From Heterodontus francisci (taxonomy: Eukaryota): DNA of 64,000 nucleotides. The stretch's first letter is position 1; every line of letters begins with the position of its first letter. The notes under the pieces were generated by a model. The model was not told the origin of the DNA, did no database searches, and worked only from the letters and a program-made list of their open reading frames with translations. The position numbers were made by a program, and so were the translations under genes. Below, one piece after another: positions 51,292 through 64,000 of this stretch. The stretch is from positions 144,547,288 to 144,611,287 of the forward strand of contig NC_090374.1 in assembly GCF_036365525.1 (NCBI RefSeq), in the 5' to 3' direction.

Positions 51292-52108
51292 AATGTGGTT
51301 AAATATGAGGTTATCCACTTTGGTAGCAAAAACAGGAAGGCAGATTATTATCTGAACGGCTATAAACAGAGAGGGGAATATGCAACGAGACCTGGGTGTT
51401 CTTGTACACCAGTCGCTGAAGGTTAGCATGCAGGTGCAACAAGCTGTAAAAAAGGCAAATGGTATGTTGGCCTTCATAGCGAAAGGATTCGAGTACAGGA
51501 GCAGGGATGTCTTGCTGCAATTATACAGGGCCTTGGTGAGGCCACACCTGGAATATTGTGTGCAGTTTTGGTCTCCTTCTCTGAGGAAGGATGTTCTTGC
51601 TATAGAGGGAGCGCAGTGAAGGTTTACCAGACTGATTCCTGGGATGGCGGGACTGACGTATGAGGAGAGATTGAGTCGGTTAGGATTATATTCGCTGGAG
51701 TTCAGAAGAGTGAGGGGGGGATCTTATCGAAACCCATAAAATTCTAACAGGTCTTGACAGGGTAGATGCAGGAAGGATGTTCCCGATGGTGGGGGAGTCC
51801 AGAACCAGGGGTCATAGTCTAAGGATACGGGGTAAACCTTTCTGGACTGAGATGAGGAGAAATTACTTCACCCAGAGAGTGGTGAGCCTGTGGAATTCGC
51901 TACCACAGAAAGCAGTTGAGGCCAAACCATTGTATGATTTCAAGAAGGAGTTAGATACAGCTCTTGGGGCAAAAGGGATCAAAGGATATGGGGAGAAAGC
52001 GGGAACAGGTTACTGAGTTGGATGATCAGCCATGATCATAATGAATGGTGGAGCAGGCTGGAAGGGTCGAAGGGCCTACTCCTGCTCCCATTTTCTATGT
52101 TTCTATGT
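51292..52108 (+). mobile_element. 5'-truncated CR1
   Basis: QRDLGVLVHQSLK..RPHLEYCVQFWSP; (ttctatgt)n tail. Confidence 0.9.
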
Positions 52109-52719
52109 TAATACTGCATTCTGGAGCATCAAGATTCAAGATAGAAGTAATATTTACATGATGTTAACGTCTCAAAGTGTTACAGTTTTATGCTGCTGTC
52201 CACATCCTCACCTAAAACAGCATGTCTTTACAATATTACCTCACTTTTTTTGGTTGCACTTCGCTTTTGCTGGTATGAAGGAAAAAAAAATATAGGAACA
52301 AACATTTATCCTTTGGCAACATACGAGGGGAAATAGGGCCGATTGGATTTCTCTACAGAGAGCCGGCATCAACTTGATGAGCCTAATGGCCTCCTTCTGT
52401 GCCATTATGACTCTATGAGCATGTAGATATTTAGATCTAAAGACATTTATCTGAACAGAATCTGGAAGCCGTGCATCAGGCTGAGATTCTGGAACGTAGG
52501 AGGAGCTTCAGATGAAGTCACCTTATTATAAAATTCAGGGATGTAAAATAGAAAAGTATTTTAAGCAATTCCCAGAAAAACAAGTTATTACTGACATAAC
52601 TCACCTGTTATATTTGTCCTCATCACTGTTTGTAACAAGGTGACTATGTAACACATTATCTTTATTCATGTGCTCATTAAAGAATAACTTAAAAAAGTGA
52701 CAGCAGTAGATTGTCTCAC

Positions 52720-52959
52720 CGCCTCTTCATGCTCCTTCCAGCAGTCATAGTCGGTTGCCATGGCAATGCTAGCATAACAAATGCCTGCTTCTTTAGCCAG
52801 TACCACCTCTGGTACGGTGGTCATGTTAATGACATCGCCATGCCACTGACGAAACATTAGGCTCTCAGCCCGAGAGGAGAAACGGGGTCCTTCAATTGTA
52901 ACCATCGTCCCTTCTGCATGGTGTCTAATTCCCAGTTTCTTTACAACATCTATCAACAC
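52720..52959 (-). CDS. MTAP: MTAP exon (human exon 6 equivalent), [10 protein letters not shown]...CWKEHEEA
   Basis: [56 protein letters not shown] identical to human; 240 nt, AG/GTGAG boundaries. Confidence 0.98.
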
Positions 52960-54173
52960 CTTAAATTCAAATAGATAAAAGCAATAAGATAGTTGGGGAT
53001 CATCACTCAGCAACAATACTGATAAAAGGAGCACATTTTAAAAATTCAACGGAAGCTCGATGCAATGGCCTAAATAAACCAGTCGATACAAATGCATTCT
53101 TATGAACAAACACAGGGTTCCATTTTTAACAGGTCTCTGCATCAACATTATATATGCAAGTGGGTGCAGTTGAAGTTGTGACAAGCACACTGGACCCAAG
53201 ATGTGTTGCTTTTGTCAGAAGAACACTGTGCAAAGGAGAACAGCTGAATAACTGTGATGATAATTGAAGCTGTTCTACTTCCCCCAGCATTTGAAATACT
53301 GCCTTTTACGCAGACCAACTTCAACAGATTAACCCTGGCTCAGTTCCATCGCCAACACACCCATGTTGCAGGTCCAATGCTGAAACAATGACTCCGCAGG
53401 TTCAAATGTGCATACTTGAGTATTTAAGGGAGAACAAGAGGCAAAAAGATCCCCTGACATTTTATCAAAGCGTAAGTAGTTCTTCTCTTCGCCTGGCCAA
53501 CATTCATCCCACACTAACACCACATTGCTGGTCATTGGACTTTGCGGTGTACAAATTGGCCCACAAAATTCATTACATAAGTTCAAGTCCTTTATCACAA
53601 GGTGTTGTATATTGCAGCTACCCTGTCTCTCTCTCTATGGGTTCAAGGTTGACCCCTCAGTCTGGCATGTGAATGTCAGTAAATGAAAATAATGGCACAA
53701 AACTGCTGGAAAGGGGGCTCTGTTACGATATTTTTCCTGCATCCTTCAGCTCAACATATTTTTCTGCCACAAATTGCAGAAACTGTGAGCTGATAATGAC
53801 GTGTTGAGGGCAATGGACATCTGGAACCTTGATGAACTATGAACAGTCTATCTCCTTAACCAAAGAGAGTTAAGGATTGCGAAAGAAACAGCAACAATAG
53901 AAAAAAAAAGGACTTGTGTTTATATAGTGCTTTTCACAATGAACAGATTGCTCAAAGTGCCTTACAGCCAATGAAGCACTTTTTAAGTGTAGTTACTGTT
54001 GTAATGTAGGAAAAGAGAAGGAAATAGGCTGAATTAGTGTCAAATCAGGTGCAGAAAAAAGCAAGAAATAGGGGAAAGATTAGATGAAAAGAGAGCAAAA
54101 AAAGAGAAGAATAGAAAAGGATTTTTTTTTAATTTCTATTTTAAAAACCTCTAGAACAACTTTTTAACCGTAG

Positions 54174-54665
54174 GCTTTGGAGAGGGTGCAGAGGAGGTTC
54201 ACCAGGATGTTGCCTGGTATGGAGGGCGCTAGCTATGAAGAGAGGTTGAGTAGATTAGGATTATTTTCATTAGAAAGACGGAGGTTGAGGGGGGACCTGA
54301 TTGAGGTGTACAAAATCATGAGAGGTACAGACAGGGTGGATAGCAAGAAGCTTTTTCCCCAGAGTGGGGGATTCAATTACTAGGGGTCATGAGTTCAAAG
54401 TGAGAGGGGAAAAGTTTAGGGGGGATATGCGTGGAAAGTTCTTTACGCAGAGGGTGGTGGGTGCCTGGAACGCATTGCCAGCGGAGGTGGTAGACGCGGG
54501 CACGATAGCGTATTTTAAGATGTATCTAGACAGATACATGAATGGGCAGAAAGCAAAGAGATACAGACCCTTAGAAAATAGGCGACAGGTTTAGATAGAG
54601 GATCTGGATTGGTGCAGGCTTGGAGGGCCGAAGGGCCTGTTCCTGTGCTGTAATTTTCTTTGTTC
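54174..54665 (+). mobile_element. 5'-truncated young CR1 (same subfamily as 17756 and 43215 copies)
   Basis: Reverse complement of ~43215-43713. Confidence 0.92.
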
Positions 54666-54881
54666 TTTTTTGAATGAGACTCCACAAGGTTCAAATGTTC
54701 CTCTTCTAGCTGGCGAGATTGAATAGCATTACAGGAACATAAGTCTGGTCACTGAAAAGGTCCTTACACTGTTAGTACCAGCCCTATTAAGGGATATGCG
54801 ACAAAGGCGGGTATACGGATTTAGCCACAATCTCATTGAATGGTGCAGAACAGGCTTGAGGGGCTAAATGGCCCACTCCTG

Positions 54882-55086
54882 TGTTAATTGCATATTGGTT
54901 GTATACAGATGTGGGTATAAACTGGGATTCACTTGTGCTCCTATAAATAGGAAAAGATTGAAACTGTGGTTGTTGGGTTATGAAGTGAATGTTTGTAATG
55001 TGTATCCCTGTAGGTAAATGCTTATAAAAGTTTGTAAAGATTGGCTCCAGTTCTATCCTTCACCATCTGTTTTTCTCGTACATATC
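54882..55086 (+). mobile_element. Short solo-LTR-like insert within a CR1 tail
   Basis: Begins TGTTA, has ctataaata; interrupts gggctaaatggcccactcctg|ttcctatgttcctat. Confidence 0.5.
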
Positions 55087-55169
55087 TTGTTCCTATGTTC
55101 CTATAGTACACAGCCCCCTGTAGATATAGAGGCATTGGATCCTTCTAAACAGCAATGGTGTTGTGTATT

Positions 55170-55410
55170 GAGATGGAAATAGAAAATGGTAAAAGTACAT
55201 GGAAAATCAATCAGCATCTATTAAGGCAAAAAAACCATGTTAATATTTCAGGTGTATACACTTCATCAGAAACCAGTATTGTTAATTACAATAAAAAGAT
55301 ACACCCAGAATGTTAACTTGTTGCTTTTCTTTAGATTCTAGTTGACCTACTGTGCATTTCCAATATTTTCTATATTTATTCCAGATTTCCAACATTTGTC
55401 TTTCTTTTCA
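55170..55410. mobile_element. Old inverted Penelope pLTR pair with hammerhead relic (minus ~55238-55273)
   Basis: Minus strand ttt-ctgatga-agtgtatacacct-gaaa-tatt-aac; decayed mirror arm ending ccagatttccaacat. Confidence 0.55.
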
Positions 55411-56061
55411 TTGTAGCGAATGTTCAGAACTGAATTCACATAACTTGCAAATGAAGGAGCAGACTTAGGTTGCAAGGTCTTAAAAAAACATTAAAATAGA
55501 CAAACTAATTTATGTTCAGTGATTTCAGCTGGAAGATTCCCAGCACACCCACTAGTTGGTCTGCACACACCCCAAGCTTTATGTAACCAAGAGCACACTT
55601 TCTGGTAGGCTACAAACATGTATAAACATGAGTATCAGACAAATAATTAATATCAGTCAGCTGTAATTTAATCACCCATTCACCAACAATTATACTCAAA
55701 AAGCCCTTCAGAAAGGCAGAATGTTTTTAAAACTTAAATATCAGAACTCAGAGCGATGACAAATATATTAGGTAACAAAACATACAGCTCCTTCATTTCT
55801 GAAAAATTTTAAGTGCAGTTTCTACCAGTTGACTTTGAATGGACAATAAACTTGGCCCTAAGTTTACGCAGTCACTGGGAGGCATCTTTCACTAAAAACT
55901 CATACATCTCATACATTTCAATAGCTCCTCTCCTCATTTCTGGTAAATCAATGGACAAAACATACAGGGTATTTGAGGTTTTTGGAAGACAAACCAAGTT
56001 CTTCCCTGTAAATTAAACTGAAGAAACCTCTAGTGGCATTCTTGAATGTTTCTTTGAACTT

Positions 56062-56440
56062 ATTCTCTGGATGTAGACGTTGTTGGCAAGACTGACATTT
56101 ATTGCCCATCCTCAGCTGCTATGAGAAGGTGGTGGGTTTTCTTGAACCACTGCAATAACTGTTTGCTATAAGTGAATGGTTTACTATTCCACTTCAGAGG
56201 CAGTTAAGAGTCAGACACGTTTGTATGACACTGGAGTCACATATAGGCCCAGACGAGTTAAGGATGGCATGTTTCCTTCCCTAAATGATGCCTATTTGAT
56301 CATTTTTATTGATACCAGCTTTTTATTCTAGATTTTTCAATACTCAAATTGTCATGGGGGGATCTGAACTCAAGATTCTTTGGATTATTCATCCAGCCTC
56401 TGGATTACTAGTCCAGTAACATAATACTACACTATCATAT
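56062..56440 (-). mobile_element. Old SINE of the LINE-B partner family
   Basis: catttattgcccatcc tail and ctctggattactagtccagtaacat head, homologous to 14722-15063. Confidence 0.7.
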
Positions 56441-56677
56441 CCATAACCCCATTTAAGTTTGATGAGCTTAAACAGGTTCTACCAGAATCTATACTTTGAA
56501 GTCTTCCTAAAAAAATAAAGTGAGCCTGCCTGCATTTTGGATCGGTAGGTTTGCCTATTTTGCTTAGTCAGCAGATTCTGTGGAATAAGGATGATACCGC
56601 ACTTTCAAATTTCTTAGTCATCTGTGCTTCAAGTCAGTGAGATATTAGCTTGTCCTAATGCATGATATAGCACTCAC

Positions 56678-56780
56678 CTCTCTGGTTTTCCTGCAGAATG
56701 GGTCAGCCATTGCAATGTGACAAACACCTACTGGGCTGGTTGGACTCCCATCATAGAAGGTCTGATGCCTCTTTGTCGTT
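56678..56780 (-). CDS. MTAP: MTAP exon (human exon 5 equivalent), [34 protein letters not shown]
   Basis: Matches human [34 protein letters not shown]; 103 nt, cacAG acceptor and GTGAGT donor; absent from the ORF track. Confidence 0.96.
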
Positions 56781-57048
56781 CTGTGATTGATTAAAACAAA
56801 ATGATTTAACTCTTATTGAGTTGGACTGAGTACCTATGTTATTGATTGTCGGAAAATTGAACACAATAATAACTAAGTTTCAAACTGAACAAGTATTCTG
56901 AGAAAAACAATTTATGAATTTATCCACTTCCATCTTGTGATATCGTGTCCATAAAAATGATGGCAAAAGAAATCAGGGAACATCATTGCAGTTTATCTGC
57001 TCTCTTACTGCACCATACTAATTTCCTCTGTAGTCAGGTGCTCCATGG

Positions 57049-59505
57049 TAAGAACAAAGAACAATGCAGCACAGGAACAGGCCATTCGGCCCTCCAAGCC
57101 TGCGCCGATCTTGATGCCTGTCTAAACTAAAACCTTCTGCACTTCCGGGGACCATATCCCTCTATTCCCATCCTATTCATGTATTTGTCAAGATGCCTTT
57201 TAAACGTTGCTATCGTACCTGCTTCCACCACCTCCCCCAGCAGCAAGTTCCAGGCACTCACCACCATCTGTGTAAAGAACTTGCCTCGCACATCCCCTCT
57301 AAACTTTGCCCTTCGCACCTTAAACCTATGCCCACTAGTGACTGACTCTTCCACCCTGGGAAAAAGCTTCTGACTATCCACTCTGTCCATGCTCTCACAG
57401 AGAGTAGTAGGGGCGTGGAACGCCCTGCCTGCAACAGTAGTAGGCTCGCCAACTTTAAGGGCATTGAAGTGGTCATTGGATAGACATATGGATGAAAATG
57501 GAATAGTGTAGGTCAGATGGTTTCACATGTCGGCGCAACATCGAGGGCTGAAGGGCCTGTACTGCGCTGTAATGTTCTATGTTCTATGCCACTCATAACT
57601 TTGTAAACCTCTATCATGTCGCCCCTCCACCTCCGTCGTTCCAGTGAAAACAATCCAAGTTTATCCAACCTCTCCTCATAGCTAATACCCTCCAGACCAG
57701 GCAACATCCTGGTAAACCTCTTCTGTACCCTCTCCAAAGCCTCCACGTCCTTCTGGTAGTGTGGCGACCAGAATTGCATGCAATATTCTAAGTGTGGCCC
57801 AACTAAAGTTCTGTACAGCTGCAGCATGACTTGCCAATTTTTATACTCTATGCCCTGACCGATGAAGGCAAGCATGCTGTATGCCTTCTTGACTACCTTA
57901 TCCACCTGCGTTGCCACTTTGTGACCTGTGGACCTGTACGCCCAGATCTCTCTGCCTGTCAATACTCCTAAGGGTTCTGCCATTTACTGTATACTTCCCA
58001 CCTGTATTAGATCTTCCAAAATGCATTACCTCACATTTGTCCGGATTAAACTCCATCTTCCATTTCTCCGCCCAAGTCTCCAACCGATCTATATCCTGAT
58101 GTATCCTCTGACAATCCTCATCACTATCCGCAACTCCACCAACCTTTGTGTCGTCCGCAAACTTACTAATCAGGCCAGCTACATTTTCCTCCAAATCATT
58201 TATATATACTACAAACAGCAAAGGTCCCAGCACTGATCCCTGCGGAACACCACTAGTCACAGCCTTCCATTCAGAAAAGCACCCTTCCACTGCTACCCTC
58301 TGTTTTCTATGACAGAGCCAGTTCTGTATCTATCTTGCCAGCTCATCTCTGATCCCATGTGACTTCACCTTTTGTACCAGTCTGCCACGAAGGACCTTGT
58401 CAAAGGCTTTACTGAAGTCCATTTCGTCAACATTCACTGCCCTTCCTTCATCAATCATCTTTGTCACTTCTTCAAAAAACTCAATCAAGTTAGTGAGACA
58501 TGACCTCCCCTTCACAAAACCATGCTGCCTCTCGCTAATAAGTTCATTTGTTTCCAAATGGGAGTAAATCCTGTCCCGAAGAATCCTCTCCAATAATTTC
58601 CCTACCACTGACGTAAGGCTCACCAGCCTATAATTTCCTGGATTATCCTTGCTACCCTTCTTAAACAAAGGAACAACATTGGCTATTCCCCAATCCGCTG
58701 GGACCTCACCTGTAGCCAATGAGGATGCAAAGATTTCTGTCAAGGCCCCAGCAATTTCTTCCCTTGCCTCCCTCAGTATTCTGGGGTAGATCCCATCAGG
58801 CCCTGGGGACTTAGCTACCTTAATGCTTTGCAAGACACTCAACACTTCCTCCTTTTTGATAACGACATGACCGAGACTATCTACACTCCCTTCCCTAGAC
58901 TCATCATCCACCAAGTCCTTCTCTTTGGTGAATACTGATGCAAAGTACTCATTTAGTACCTCGTCCATTTCCTCTGGCTCCACACATAGATTCCCTCCTC
59001 TGTCCTTGAGTGGGCCAACCCTTTCCCTGGCTACCCTCTTGCTCTTTATATACGTATAAAAAGCCTTGGGATTCTCCTTAATCCTGTTTGCCAATGACTT
59101 TTCATGACCCCTTTTAGCCCTCCTGACTCCTTGCTTAAGTTCTTTCCTACTTTCTTTATATTCCTCAAGGGATTCGTCTGTTCCTAGCCTTCCAGCCCTT
59201 ACGAATGCTTCCTTTTTCTTTTTGACTAGGCTCACAATATCCCTCGTTATCCAAGGTTCCTGAAACTTGTCAAACTTATCCTTCTTCCTCACAGGAAGAT
59301 GCCGGTCCTGGATTCTAATCAACTGATGTTTGAAAGACTCCCACATGTCAGATGTTGATTTACCCTCAAACAGCCACCCCCAATCTAAATTCTTCAGTTC
59401 CTGCCTAATATTGTTATAATTAGCCTTCCCCCAATTTAGCACCTTCACCCGAGGACTACTCTTATCCTTATTCACAAGTACCTTGAAACTTATGGAATTA
59501 TGGTA
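57049..59505 (-). mobile_element. 5'-truncated CR1 (third subfamily) with a nested + strand CR1 tail at ~57393-57583
   Basis: RT motifs DFSKAFD, PQGSVLGP, FADD; nested fragment flanked by c(c/t)atgc. Confidence 0.92.
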
Positions 59506-59676
59506 ACTAGTGCAATCCTTTGAATGAGAGGTTAAACTAAGATCCTCCCTACCTATTTTGATATATGAGAGCCCATGGGAATGGTTAAAGAAAAGTAGAA
59601 TGATCTGCTGTCCTGCACAACATTCCTCCCTCAGCCAAAGTTACTGCTGCTTCGGGAATCTTGCTATGCACAAAAT

Positions 59677-60474
59677 GGGCTAAATTTAACCAACCCCCCG
59701 ATGTCGGGGACCGTGGCAGGGGAAGGCTCAATAATGCCCCCGGGAGAGGCCCGCCACGGGCCTCGATGCCAGGAAGGCCCAGCCCTATATTGGCAGCTAG
59801 GCCTCGTGGCAGACACCCACCTGCCGCACGACGACGGGATGGCCATTTAAATATGTTAATAAATGTAAATGAATTAATTAATGAACTACCTGGTACCGCC
59901 GGCTGCCCCACTCCAGTATTGCAGTCGGCGGCTGGCACTCCCTCGCCGTCGGATCTCCAACCAGTGTTGTAAGGCAGAACACTGGTGAGGAGGGGGAGCA
60001 GTTAAGTTTCTCAGTGTGGGAGGTGGGGGAGCGGGGTCAAACTATTTTAATTGGTCAAGAGGGGGTGGTGGGAAGCGATCAAAATTAAAGTTTGTGACCT
60101 TGGGGGAGGGGGAGGAAGGTCAGCTGCAAAAGGTAAGTGGGAGGGCCAGGGGGAGGACAAGGAATGAATTGTTTGGTCATGCGGGTGGGTGGGAGGGGGT
60201 GGCTTGAAATTTTTTTCTTTTTTTTTGCAAATAAAGCCTACGTATCTATTTCTTTAAAAATTCAAATTACATGTAAGGGCTTGAAGCCCTTTAAAAATGG
60301 CGTTGATGCCTGAGCAATGGCGCCGGACGCCACTGCGCCCGTCCCCTCCACGTCATTGGTGGAGGGGGTGGGGGGGAAGGCAGTCTGCCCCAGCCATGTA
60401 AATGAGTCGCTGTGTTTAATATCACGGCAGCTCCACAGAGTAAATCCCGCATATGTGCTCGTGAAATGCAGCCC
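59677..60474. mobile_element. Non-autonomous Harbinger-like MITE inserted in a DeuSINE-like remnant
   Basis: TIRs gggctaaatttaac / gtgaaatgcagccc; 3-bp AAT duplication both sides. Confidence 0.8.
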
Positions 60475-61427
60475 AATGTAATACAGTCATTGCATTTCAT
60501 ACAAATTCATTTTATGTGAAACATTCTGGGATTTTTCTGAAAGGCTTGATAAGGCACTATAAAGGTATAACGCTTTCTTTCCTTCAAGCTTTATAACCAA
60601 TTTTAAACATTGTAAGCTAAATGTTTCCATTTAAATTTTCAATTGTTAAAGGGAGAAGAGAGTCAGCTCTTGTGCCAGGGAGAGCACCCTATGACTGTCT
60701 TAAAACTAAACCTGCCATTTGAAATATTTAAATTCATGGAGTAATATTCATAATCTAAAATACTCAGTGGGTAACTGTAGATTATCCTATTGCTGGGAAG
60801 ACTTTGATAACTCAAGTGACAATCCTTGTTGATGGGATCTAAAAGGAGATAATTCACTGTTCCCTACCCAGCATCCTGCAAGTGTACTGCATGTATCTTC
60901 CACCAACTCTTAACAGATCACTTCCAGTTCAAAGCAATAAACAGGGAAGTAGGTTAGAATATTTATGTTCTCTATTGCTACCATCTGCAGCACATCTTAT
61001 GTCCATGCAATACAAAATTCTGATGGTCTACAACCATGAAAACATTCACTCTGCATTTCAACGCTACTGCTCCTTCCAGTTATGAAGGTAGTTCAATGGT
61101 ATCACAGTAATTCAGCATTAACTGGATCGTTGATCATCAAATTATAGATCAAATCAGAATCTACGACTGATATAAATTAGTGAGATTAACTTAAGACGAA
61201 ACTCCTTAGATAGCTGACATGTTAATAGCCAGTCGATTGAATGAAATCTATGTCCTGGTGGCTAACAATGTCCTGATGAGTTGCTTGGCTGTGCTGGTTG
61301 CTTGCCCTGCCCTGGGACAATGGTGATGGCTTCTGAGATGTTGGATGAAAAGCCTCCTTCTCTAGCCGTGTTACCTGTTCCCCCAAATCCTCTGCCACCG
61401 GGTAAATCCATCTTACATTCTGTTAAC

Positions 61428-61850
61428 TGTGTCAGCTGTGGCTCGGCGGTAGCTCTCTCGCCCTGAGTCCCACTCCAGGAACTCGAGCACAAAATGTAGT
61501 TTGAGAATCCAGGAGTGATTGCGTTCTGCAGAGTCTGAGGTGTCATCTTTCAGATGAGACGTTGAACCAAGGCCTCTTCTGCCCTCTCAGATGAGTGTAA
61601 CAGATCCCATGGCATTATTTTGAACCGATATTCTAGCCAATACCGTTCCCTCAACTAACATTGTTAAAACAGATTATCTGATCATTATCACATAGCTGTT
61701 TGTGGGACCTTGCTGTGTGAAAATTGGTTGTCGCTGTTCCTACAATACAATAGTGACTACAATTCAAAAATACTTCATTGCTGTAAAGAGCAATGGGCCA
61801 TCCTAAGGTCGTGAAAGGTGCTATATAAATGCAAGTCTTTCTTTTTATCT
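61428..61850 (+). mobile_element. DeuSINE/SacSINE-like SINE
   Basis: ctgtggctcggcggtagctctctcgccctgagtc head; gtgctatataaatgcaagtctttc tail. Confidence 0.75.
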
Positions 61851-61886
61851 CGTTTTGCTTGTAACATCTCAGAACCCATCACCATT

Positions 61887-62213
61887 GGGCGGTACAGTGG
61901 CGCAGTGGTTAGCACCGCAGCCTCACAGCTCCAGGGACCCGGGTTCAATTCTGGGTACTGCCTGTGCGGAGTTTGCAAGTTCTCTCTGTGACCACGTGGG
62001 TTTTCGCCCGGTGCTCCGGTTTCCTCCCACCGCCAAAGACTTGCAGGTGATAGGTAAATTGGCTATTGTAAATTGCCCGTAGTGTAGATAGGTGGTAGGG
62101 GATATGGGATTACTGTAGGGTTAGTATAAATGGGTGGTTCTTGGTCGGCACAGACTCGGTGGTCTGAAGGGCCTGTTTCAGTGCTGTATCTCTAAATAAA
62201 TAAAATAAATAAA
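61887..62213 (+). mobile_element. HE1/V-SINE-type SINE
   Basis: Complete head to (taaa)n tail; atcacca on both flanks. Confidence 0.9.
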
Positions 62214-62755
62214 TATCACCACCCTTGATCTGAGTACATTGTGCATATATGCATGTCACAAGTTGGTATAGTGATACACTTTGATATCTATAGTCTTGTA
62301 CCCTCTGCTAAAGATGTATTCTTGATTATTAGAAATACTCTTTAAAACACTCGGTATAGATCACGAACACAACAAAAAAAATCAAACAAGTAAACAGAAG
62401 TCTAAACAAAACAAGAAATCCTAAAAGCTGGAAAGCCTTAAAACATGCCAAAACACCTTCTTTATGTACTCTTGAAACTCAAAGAAACTCCCCTTTCAAT
62501 TGAATTGACCAATCTGAATGACATGTGTTAGAAGAGTTCACATCTTTTGGTGTCAATTACTCTGTCATGTAAGTTTCTCTTAATCACCCGGTTGCTGACA
62601 ACCTCAGGATTCAGACATGACAGGTGATAATTTCCTCTCTTAACTTCAACAGCCTCCTAATGAACAAAGGAAGGACTTAACCAGTTTATCTCCTGTTTCC
62701 AAGTCATTTCTCATTTATGGCCTTGAAGTTATGCTTTTCGGCATTCGATGCAAAT

Positions 62756-63650
62756 GTTTTAGAGTCATAGAGTTATACAGCACAGAAAAAGGCCCTTCAG
62801 CCCATCGTGTCCGTGCCAGCCATCAAGCACCTATCTATTCTAATCCCATTTTCCAGCACCTGGCCCGTCGCCTTGTATGCTATGGCATTTCAAGTGCTAA
62901 TCTAAATACTTCTTAAATGTTGTGAGGGTACCTGCCTCTACCACCCCTTCAGGCAGTGTGTTCCAGATTCCAACCACCCTCGGGGTGAAATTTTTTTCCT
63001 CAAATCCCCTCTAAATCTCCTGCCCCTTACCTTAAATCTATGCCCCCTGGTTATTGACACCTCCACTAGGGAAAAAGCTTCTTCCTATCTACCCTATTTA
63101 TGCCCCTCATAATTTTGTATACCTCAATCCCCCCCTCAGCCTTCTCTGCTCTAAGGAAAACAACCCTAGCCTATCCAGCCTCTCTTCATAGCTGAAATGC
63201 TCCAGCCCAGGCAACATCCTGGTGAATCTCGTCTGCCTTCTCCAGTGCAATCACATTCTTCCTATAGTTCAGCGACCAGAACTGTACACAGTACTCCAGC
63301 TGTGGCCTAACTAATGTTTTATACAGCTCCATCATAACCTCCCTGCCCTTCTATTCAATGCCTCAGCTAATAAAGGCAAGTATCCCGTATACCTTCCTAA
63401 CCACCTTATCGACCTGTGCTGCTGCCTTCAGTGATATATGGACAAGTACACCAAGGTCCCTCTGAACTTCTTAGGGTCCTACCATCCATTGTATATTCCC
63501 TTTCCTTGTTAGTCCTCCCAAAATGCATCACCTCACACTTCTGAGGATTAAATTCCATCTGCCATTGCTCTGCCTATCTTACCAGCCCATCTATATCATC
63601 CTGTAATCTAAGGCTTTCCGCCTCACTATTTACGACACCACCAATTTTTG
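62756..63650 (-). mobile_element. 5'-truncated CR1 RT/3' end
   Basis: atagagttatacagcacag tail; ccagaactgtacacagtactccag (LEYCVQFW). Confidence 0.88.
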
Positions 63651-63739
63651 TTCTCACAGCCTTTCACAACTCTTAGCCATTAAGTATATCCCATATCTGG
63701 CCACTGATTCCATTTGGAGGACACCTTCAAGGCAATTTT

Positions 63740-63960
63740 CAGGACATTGTACCTACAGCGTTAAACAAAGTAAATATTGCAAGACAGAAAAGGAAGTACC
63801 TCTACCTTGTTGAGGCTGAATGTCAAGCTTCTGACAACTTTTCTGTCTCCTCCTAAACTATGACCCCACTACTGAACACCAAGCCATCATGTCCCAGGCC
63901 ATTACTGACCTCATCTCCTCTGAAGATCTTCTCACTACTCCCTCCAACCTCAGTTTCCCA
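63740..63960 (+). mobile_element. Decayed Penelope RT fragment
   Basis: LYLVEAE...YDPTTEHQAIMSQAITDLISSEDL resembles the Penelope pre-RT region. Confidence 0.55.
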
Positions 63961-64000
63961 ACTATGGATTTACAGACCCTTTACACATTAATCCTCATCA

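Noticed and set aside
56781-64000. MTAP exon 4, or neighbouring CDKN2A/B or interferon genes
   Set aside because: No HGRQHTIMP..DQFIDR, ankyrin or interferon coding sequence seen by eye; presumably outside the window

Overview
Eukaryotic, repeat-rich vertebrate DNA, most likely a shark or other cartilaginous fish (inferred from HE1/V-SINE, DeuSINE/SacSINE-like, esterase-bearing CR1 and Penelope families). The whole window lies inside one host gene, MTAP (methylthioadenosine phosphorylase), on the minus strand. Three exons are visible, equivalent to human exons 5 (56678-56780), 6 (52720-52959) and 7 (2512-2634), with a ~50 kb intron 6. Nearly all other ORFs in the track are fragments of nested transposons: CR1 LINEs (one full-length with a tandem 5' monomer), a second LINE family with its partner SINE, Penelope elements, a decayed Harbinger with several MITEs, and solo LTRs. 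The most notable non-obvious signals are: minimal hammerhead-ribozyme motifs in Penelope pLTRs (three in the MTAP sense orientation); a ~31-32 bp minisatellite interrupted by a CpG-rich, NRF1-motif hairpin insert with a 9-bp target duplication; young inverted CR1 copies flanking exon 6; a templated 64-bp duplication; and an unusual WHGD substitution in MTAP. No prokaryotic-type system or CRISPR array is supported. All calls were made by eye, and repeat boundaries are approximate.
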